A DNA stretch of 37,969 nt from positions 1-37,969 of the IMG/VR virus record IMGVR_UViG_3300002515_000008. One strand, 5' to 3'. Below are positions 32,402-37,969 of the stretch, piece by piece. Position numbers and translations under genes: made by a program. Below the pieces are notes generated by a model. It was not told the origin of the DNA. It ran no database searches and saw only the letters and a list, made by a program, of their open reading frames with translations. Numbering within the stretch: position 1 is the stretch's first letter; every line of letters starts with the position of its first letter. This DNA comes from a virus (taxonomy: Duplodnaviria; Caudoviricetes).

Positions 32402-33208
32402 CTAGAGGTCGGCGGGGCCGCGGAACGCTTGGTCGGCCCATCCAAGCACGGGGCCTATCTCGCCGTGAGTGTTCACGCGCACGCCGCGCATGGCGGACTT
32501 GTTGCCGCCCGAACCGCTGGAGAAGTCGCTGTAGGCGACGCCCTGCTCTTCGAGTTGCGCGAGTACGTCGGAGGTGCGTTCGTCGCGGATGGACTGCATC
32601 GCGTCGGCGTTGCTGGCGTAGACGGGGGCAACGTCGCAGTTGCAGTTATCGTGAATCGGCATGAGGTCGGCCTTGTGGTAGAGCTGGTCCGCGGCGATCG
32701 CGCACAACGCGCAGGATTCGCCACCTGAGAGCACACGTTCGTAGCCGATGATCCGGTCGTCTTGCGAGATGCGCTCGAACGACTGCCGGACGTTGGACAT
32801 CTGCATGTCCATGTTGACCATGCTCGACAGGCGTTGGCCTCCGATCCGCACCGCCTCGTCCAGCGGGACACCTTGCGAGAGCTGGTACCAGACGGTCTGC
32901 GCGGGCCTACGGTAAACCTCGACTAGAGGTACACCTCGAAGCTCGGTAGCGATCGCGGCTTTCGGCGGTACGGGCATCCCGGCGATGCGGGCGATGGAGT
33001 CGAGGTAGGCGTTCGTGAGCTGCGCCGTCTGCTTCTGGCCGCTCTCCACAAGGGGGACTATATTCGCTACGAAGCGGTCGATGTCCGCGTCACGCCACGA
33101 GCCGAGTCCGTTCCATGTGCGGAGCGCGTAGGCGTCTATCCGCTCCCGGACCGTCTGTAGCGCCCTCTGGTGCGCGAGGATGATGCGCTTCTCGGCCTCA
33201 TACGCCAT
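32402..33208 (-). CDS. Capsid maturation protease / MuF-like minor head protein (268 aa)
   Basis: GYERV...CALC...PIHDNCNC...HGEIGP; between portal and scaffold. Confidence 0.8.
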   Translation of the reverse strand: MAYEAEKRIILAHQRALQTVRERIDAYALRTWNGLGSWRDADIDRFVANIVPLVESGQKQTAQLTNAYLDSIARIAGMPVPPKAAIATELRGVPLVEVYRRPAQTVWYQLSQGVPLDEAVRIGGQRLSSMVNMDMQMSNVRQSFERISQDDRIIGYERVLSGGESCALCAIAADQLYHKADLMPIHDNCNCDVAPVYASNADAMQSIRDERTSDVLAQLEEQGVAYSDFSSGSGGNKSAMRGVRVNTHGEIGPVLGWADQAFRGPADL

Positions 33209-34634
33209 TGGGCGTCACGGGCGCGGAGCCCGGCACCGGCGGTTGCGGACCCAGCGAGGCCTCCAGCAGTTCGGCGAGTATCTCCTGCTCCATCTCCTCG
33301 GCTTCCTCGGGCGAGTAGCCGAGCACCTTCGTCCAGATCGTCTTGCGCGGAACGCCGGCCGCCTTGAGCTTCGATGCGGCGTCGGCCCGCTCCGCGAGGG
33401 AGATGGACTCGGGCGAGAGCCACAGCGTCTCGATGTCGGTCACGTTGGCCGTGACACCTTGGAAGCGCAGCGCCAGCGCCATGACCTGGTTCCAGCCGTA
33501 GGAGGCGCGCTTGATGCGGTCCCGCACCTTGGCGATGAGCTGTTCGGACATCGCCCGCGCACCCTCGGCGGACTGGTTCGCACCGTCAGGCATGAGCGCG
33601 TACATCGGGGTACGGGTGGCGGCGGCGAGGTCGCGGATGTAGTCCTTCACCGCGGCGAGGACTTGCTGGAAGTCGGTCGTGCCGAGTTCCTTGAACTCGA
33701 CGCCCTCGGGCACCATCCACACGTTGCCCGCGCCCGGCTTCATGGTGGCGGTCATGTCGACCATGACGGGATCCCCGGCGGAGTCCAGTACCGGCTCGCC
33801 GGCCGCGTTCAGCTCGACCTCGGCGTAGTTCTCGGAACCGGACAGGACGCGCTGGCGGTACGCCTGCATGGCGATGATCACGAGCGTCTCGAGGATGGTC
33901 CAGTTGATGCGGTCGAGCGTGTCGGTGTGGCGCTCAAACTCGCCGACGCCGTTCTTGTTGTGGAAGCAGACGACCGGCACGACATCCGCGAAGTCCTTGG
34001 GCCAGTACATCGGGTTCATGCCCGGTACCCAGTCGAAGTTCTCAATGCTCGGGACCAGGCGCTCGACCGAGTGCTGGTTGTCGCGGGTCGCCACGTAGAC
34101 GGCGCCCGGCAGGTAGAGATACGCGGTATCGAGGCCCGTGGTGGCGTCGCGGTAGAGCTTGAGGGCCGCACGAGCGCGAGAAGGTCGCAGCGGGTCCGGG
34201 TCGACGATCATCAGCAGCGGATCCTCGCGCGTGACAATCGGGATGCCGTCAGCACCCGGAGGCCCGACGATGGCGTACCCGTCACGGAGCCCGAGCATGT
34301 CGGCGTGAATGTCGCCGGCGAACGTGTCGAGCTCGTTGTACGACCAGATCTTGAGCGCCTCCTGCGAGAGCCCCTTCGCGTCGCCGATGCGGAAGCCGGA
34401 CGGGCTCATGCGCTCCTGCGCTGCTTCGACGACAAGCTCGCCGAAGTTCACGCGCGCCTTGCGCTGGAAGTTCTGGTACGCCTCGCGCATCCCGTGCGCG
34501 CCCTCGGGCAGCGGCGCGTTGCCGTCCATGTAGGAGGCCAACACCTCGAGCTGAGGGTTGCGGACGCCCATGGCCAACGCGAGCCGGTTGAAGTACCAGC
34601 CCGGCGACTGGAGCTCGGTCGCTTCGATCGACAC
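33198..34634 (-). CDS. Portal protein, SPP1 gp6-like (478 aa)
   Basis: YMDG...NF..LVVEA..ER...VPVV...GEFE...DRIN...SAEG...ADAASKL; GTG 34634 with SD AAGGAGG. Confidence 0.9.
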   Translation of the reverse strand: MSIEATELQSPGWYFNRLALAMGVRNPQLEVLASYMDGNAPLPEGAHGMREAYQNFQRKARVNFGELVVEAAQERMSPSGFRIGDAKGLSQEALKIWSYNELDTFAGDIHADMLGLRDGYAIVGPPGADGIPIVTREDPLLMIVDPDPLRPSRARAALKLYRDATTGLDTAYLYLPGAVYVATRDNQHSVERLVPSIENFDWVPGMNPMYWPKDFADVVPVVCFHNKNGVGEFERHTDTLDRINWTILETLVIIAMQAYRQRVLSGSENYAEVELNAAGEPVLDSAGDPVMVDMTATMKPGAGNVWMVPEGVEFKELGTTDFQQVLAAVKDYIRDLAAATRTPMYALMPDGANQSAEGARAMSEQLIAKVRDRIKRASYGWNQVMALALRFQGVTANVTDIETLWLSPESISLAERADAASKLKAAGVPRKTIWTKVLGYSPEEAEEMEQEILAELLEASLGPQPPVPGSAPVTPNGV

Positions 34635-34689
34635 GGCGTGCCTCCTTGAACTTGTGTGCTCGCCGTTTCGGCTGTCGGGTATTGGTAAC

Positions 34690-34718
34690 TTGACTCTGTA
34701 ACCGTTCCGTGCTACAAT
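34690..34718 (+). promoter_or_regulatory. Near-consensus rightward sigma70 promoter
   Basis: TTGACT, 17 nt, TACAAT with extended TG. Confidence 0.85.
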
Positions 34719-34755
34719 CCGTTGTGACATATCATCGCAACAGAAGGGAGAGGCC

Positions 34756-34992
34756 ATGCACGAGCAGTCGGAGATACCGACGTTGGTGTCGGCGCTGGTC
34801 GAGGAATATCTGGACGTGGAGCGCGCGTGGAAAGAGGGTTCGGCGGTGGCGCGCTGGTACGAGCCCGACAACATTCAGGCATGGTGCCGCAAGCTCTCGG
34901 TGCTGGCCGCGTTCGTGAAAGAGCATGAGGACATTCGCGTGACATGGAAGACAAGCGGCGTCGGGCAGATACTCGTCACGGTGTCGCGATGA
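34756..34992 (+). CDS. Hypothetical protein (78 aa), inverted operon gene 1
   Basis: SD AAGGGAGAGG after the promoter. Confidence 0.7.
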   Translation: MHEQSEIPTLVSALVEEYLDVERAWKEGSAVARWYEPDNIQAWCRKLSVLAAFVKEHEDIRVTWKTSGVGQILVTVSR

Positions 34993-35519
34993 GCGGCGAC
35001 TGCCCGACCTGCGGCGGGGACGCATCGCACAATCGCGGAGTGAAGCGCGAGAACAACCCGTACTTCGTGTCATGCACCGACCCCTGCCACGGCACAGGCG
35101 GCAGCAAGAGCGACATGCGAACGGACGCGGAGTTGGCGGAAGTGGTGTTCGGGTGGCTCGTTTTTGAGGGGACCGCGTTTATCGCCCTCACCGAACTCAC
35201 CACGCGCCTTGAAGAAGCGCGGGAGGAGAACGTGAACATCGAGCGCGACTACAACGCGGCTCTCGACGCGCAGGATGCGATGCTCACCGCGCAGGTGAAT
35301 GAAGCAATCGCGCTGTACGGTACCGTCGCCGCACGTCTCGCCGGGCGCACCGCAGAGGTGGCACGGCTACGAAGGGCTGCCGGGGAGATACGCCGCATCA
35401 TCGTTGGCCTACCGCCGAAGGCTATCGAAGCAATCTTGAAGGCGGACACATCGTCCGGCTACATGGTGGACGTGCTCGACGCCGCGCTCCACGAGCCGAA
35501 GGAGTCCACCCATGAGTAG
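34989..35519 (+). CDS. Hypothetical protein with N-terminal CxxCGG/CxGxG zinc motif and coiled coil (176 aa), inverted operon gene 2
   Basis: ATGA overlap; MSGDCPTCGG...CTDPCHGTG. Confidence 0.7.
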   Translation: MSGDCPTCGGDASHNRGVKRENNPYFVSCTDPCHGTGGSKSDMRTDAELAEVVFGWLVFEGTAFIALTELTTRLEEAREENVNIERDYNAALDAQDAMLTAQVNEAIALYGTVAARLAGRTAEVARLRRAAGEIRRIIVGLPPKAIEAILKADTSSGYMVDVLDAALHEPKESTHE

Positions 35520-35775
35520 TGAACTGACGTGGCGCGAGGTGGAGGACTTCGCCTCCGAACGTCCGAAGCGTGGCGAGATAGCGCCGGCCATGTGGGTGTA
35601 CAAACTTGCCACCGCGCTCCTTGCCGCATGGGAGCGTGAGGAAGCCGCCGGGGTGCGTGAGGCGCTGGATTGGCTTGCCCGTCACAAGGAGTCGGTCGCG
35701 TATCCGGCACAAGAGGCGTACATGGCTCACGTCGCCACCGTTACCGCCGCTCTCACCCCGAAGCGCGCTACCTGA
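35512..35775 (+). CDS. Hypothetical protein (87 aa), inverted operon gene 3
   Basis: SD AAGGAG; its 3' end overlaps the terL 3' end by 8 nt. Confidence 0.7.
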   Translation: MSSELTWREVEDFASERPKRGEIAPAMWVYKLATALLAAWEREEAAGVREALDWLARHKESVAYPAQEAYMAHVATVTAALTPKRAT

Positions 35776-37480
35776 GACGCTGGATGCGGCCGGTGCGCTT
35801 CGACGCTCCGATGCCCAGGGCGACCGCGTCCATGCGCGCCTGCCACGAGAGAATCGCGCAGACGCACAAGTCGACCTTCTTGTAGCTGGAGTCGTTCTCC
35901 TTGCCGATGGTCAGCTTCTGATGGCTGAACCTGCGACGAGCATTGAGCACGTGACGCGTGAACTGCTGGTCGCCGTTGTGCGACATCTCGCCGTTGCGGA
36001 TCGCGGCCTCATATGCGAGGACGGCACGCTCGATCCACACGGAGCGGCCGCCGGTCATCCACCACTCGAAGGGGTGGTTGAGGGTGACGAACACGCGCTT
36101 GCCCGCCGCGTTGGGGATGATCTTGCGGGAGTACTTCGCTTCCCACTCGTCTACCTTCGAGCGCCAGTCCTTTGCGGGGTCCGCGTAGGCGGCGGCGACA
36201 CGGTAGAGCCTGAACGCGTCGTCCCATGCCGCGTCGATCTCCACGAGCGGCGGTTGCCACTCTTCCATGCCGGGCCCCTCGTCGGCTTCCCAGCCGCCAA
36301 GCTTGACCTGGTGCCCGTCCGAGACGCGCGTCGCGATGAGTCCCGTCGCGTCCGGCTTGCCGCGAGCCCTACCGCGTGAGCCGTCGAAGCCGAGCGTGAT
36401 GACGTCGCCAGGCTTGAGGTGGTCGTCTACGAGGCGCGAGCGCCACTCCGGCTCGGAGACGTAGGAGTCGGACGCGTGCGTGATCTGGTTGAGGTAGTAG
36501 CGGCGTGCGTCCTGTGGGTCGGTGGCGGGATCCCATATCTCAGCGATGATGCGCTCGAGATCGACCCAGCCGGGGCCGTGATCGTGACGCTCGCCGTTCT
36601 CGTCTTTGAGCGCACATGGCAGGGAAGAAGAACACCCGTACGCCAGTCGCAGCCCGTAGAGCAGGCGGTAGCGGCTCGTGAGGTCGGTCTTGGCCGGCGC
36701 CTCGCGGTGGGAGTAGAACAGCCCGTCGTCGCGCGCCTTGCCGTCTTCGATGGTCTGCCAGTACGCGGCCGACGCTTCGGCTACCGAACCCTCACCCGGA
36801 AGGTAAGCGTTAGGGCTCTCGATAGACGATCCGCCGGTCTTGCCGAGGTTGCGCCGCATAGTGGCCGCGAGCTTCACTCCGCCATTGGACGGGAGCCACG
36901 TCTCGGTCTGGTCGAGCACACAGAACACGGGCCGGTTTCCTTCACGCGACCTTGCGGACGCGGTGACGAACTCGATACGGCCGCCACCCGGAAGCGAGAC
37001 GAACGTCTCCATGGGGTTGAGGCCGGGATAGGCTTCTTTCGCGGGGCCGTCGTTGAGCATCTCGAGCAGCGGCGACCAGCAGTTGCGCGTCTGGTCCTCG
37101 GATACGGCGCTGATCTGCACGAGCGGCGTACGCGACGATCTCCACGGACGACCGACCGGCTCCCCGGCGTGGTAGGCGTGGGTCAACTTCCCCCACGTGT
37201 GTATCTCGCCCTCGGCGGCCCAGTGGTCGAACACGACCGGGCCCAGTCCCTCGGCAGCGGCAATCGCGGCAAGGAGCGGTGACTTGCCCCAGCCTTTCGC
37301 GCGGGAGAGAACGCCACGCCGCTTCTTGCGTCGGCCGGAAGCGTCGACCTCGTAGAACTCGCGAATGAACTCGCGCTGCTCTTTCGTCGGGACGAACATC
37401 TCACCATCGGCGCGATCTGGCGCTGCGAGGTTCGCGTGCATCCAGTGGATGATCTGCCGCCCGAGCGACGGCGCGGGCAT
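35768..37480 (-). CDS. terL: Terminase large subunit (570 aa)
   Basis: Walker A SRAKGWGKSP, AVSEDQT, CVLDQTE, nuclease ITLGFDGS...DATGL and KVDLCV. Confidence 0.95.
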   Translation of the reverse strand: MPAPSLGRQIIHWMHANLAAPDRADGEMFVPTKEQREFIREFYEVDASGRRKKRRGVLSRAKGWGKSPLLAAIAAAEGLGPVVFDHWAAEGEIHTWGKLTHAYHAGEPVGRPWRSSRTPLVQISAVSEDQTRNCWSPLLEMLNDGPAKEAYPGLNPMETFVSLPGGGRIEFVTASARSREGNRPVFCVLDQTETWLPSNGGVKLAATMRRNLGKTGGSSIESPNAYLPGEGSVAEASAAYWQTIEDGKARDDGLFYSHREAPAKTDLTSRYRLLYGLRLAYGCSSSLPCALKDENGERHDHGPGWVDLERIIAEIWDPATDPQDARRYYLNQITHASDSYVSEPEWRSRLVDDHLKPGDVITLGFDGSRGRARGKPDATGLIATRVSDGHQVKLGGWEADEGPGMEEWQPPLVEIDAAWDDAFRLYRVAAAYADPAKDWRSKVDEWEAKYSRKIIPNAAGKRVFVTLNHPFEWWMTGGRSVWIERAVLAYEAAIRNGEMSHNGDQQFTRHVLNARRRFSHQKLTIGKENDSSYKKVDLCVCAILSWQARMDAVALGIGASKRTGRIQRLR

Positions 37481-37969
37481 CAGTCGTCCAGATTCGGCGC
37501 CATGCTCACGACCTTGGCGAGTGGTGCATCGGGCACGACTCTCCACCGAAGCGCGGCCATGCCCTTGGGCGTGAGCCCGAGCTGGCTGTCGAGTTCGCGC
37601 ATCTCGCGGCAGATGACGACCCTGCCCGTCGCAAGGCCCGCAAGACGCGAGATCATCTCGCGCACAGCACTCGCCTCTTCTGCGTTGAGCGCGTCGAAGA
37701 AGTCGAGCGTATCGACGTTGTTCAGGATGCGGAGATCGTCTTCGAGCGAAGCGCGACGAGCCAGAACGCACTCATCGCCACGCGACCATGCCGCGCCCTG
37801 CGGTGTGTGCCACGCCCATTCCCACCATGCGAGCCCGGCGGTACCGAGGTCTATCCACGCGGGAGGTGCGGGAGCGTCATCATCGCGACCGCTCATGGGT
37901 AGGTTTGTGGTAGGGATCGTCGGCGCGTTGCGGCGGGCGGTTTCTTCGGCCGGCTTCGGCAGGGGTCCT
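37480..37969 (-). CDS. terS: Terminase small subunit, 5' end running off the window edge
   Basis: The frame is open to the edge: GPLPKPAEETARRNAPTIP...WW...TPQ...W...LGLTPKGMAALRW, an actinophage TerS pattern. Confidence 0.85.
   Translation of the reverse strand, partial: GPLPKPAEETARRNAPTIPTTNLPMSGRDDDAPAPPAWIDLGTAGLAWWEWAWHTPQGAAWSRGDECVLARRASLEDDLRILNNVDTLDFFDALNAEEASAVREMISRLAGLATGRVVICREMRELDSQLGLTPKGMAALRWRVVPDAPLAKVVSMAPNLDD

Noticed and set aside
30852-32405. Long plus-strand ORFs (517 aa here; also 19759-21009, 23179-24579, 27882-29099, 33180-34649)
   Set aside because: They are antisense shadows of well-supported minus-strand genes, expected in high-GC DNA. They show no motifs or SD.
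34635-34874. ORF-track N-terminal extensions of portal (also terL to 37771, TMP to 25014, Dit to 23065, RuvC to 9726)
   Set aside because: Better starts with SD or stop/start overlaps lie downstream, and the extensions overlap other genes or promoters.

Overview
This window looks like a complete or near-complete genome of a GC-rich, siphovirus-type tailed phage. The host is probably actinobacterial, inferred from the head and tail gene families. Almost all genes are on the minus strand, and the sequence appears to be opened inside the small terminase gene. In transcription order (right to left) the modules are: terS, terL, an inverted three-gene plus-strand operon with its own promoter, portal, maturation protease/MuF-like protein, scaffold, HK97 capsid, three putative head-decoration genes, head-tail connectors, tail tube, frameshifted tail chaperones, tape measure, Dit, Tal-like and tail-tip genes, amidase endolysin and a metallophosphoesterase, then an intrinsic terminator. 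Next come a Cro-like HTH gene, an HNH gene, a replication initiator with an internal iteron origin, ERF, DUF1351, an MmcB-like nuclease, a C5 methyltransferase-like gene, RuvC, a displaced r1t-type holin and small Zn-finger ORFs. A promoter-leader-terminator then precedes a glycosyltransferase cluster and HNH genes. I found no integrase, CI-type repressor, DNA polymerase, tRNA or CRISPR array. The most novel signal is a ~110-bp element in front of two unrelated HNH genes (864-975 and 6275-6387). It combines a sense promoter, two covarying hairpins (one hides the RBS) and a convergent antisense promoter inside the first codons. All calls come from reading motifs by eye; no database searches were run.
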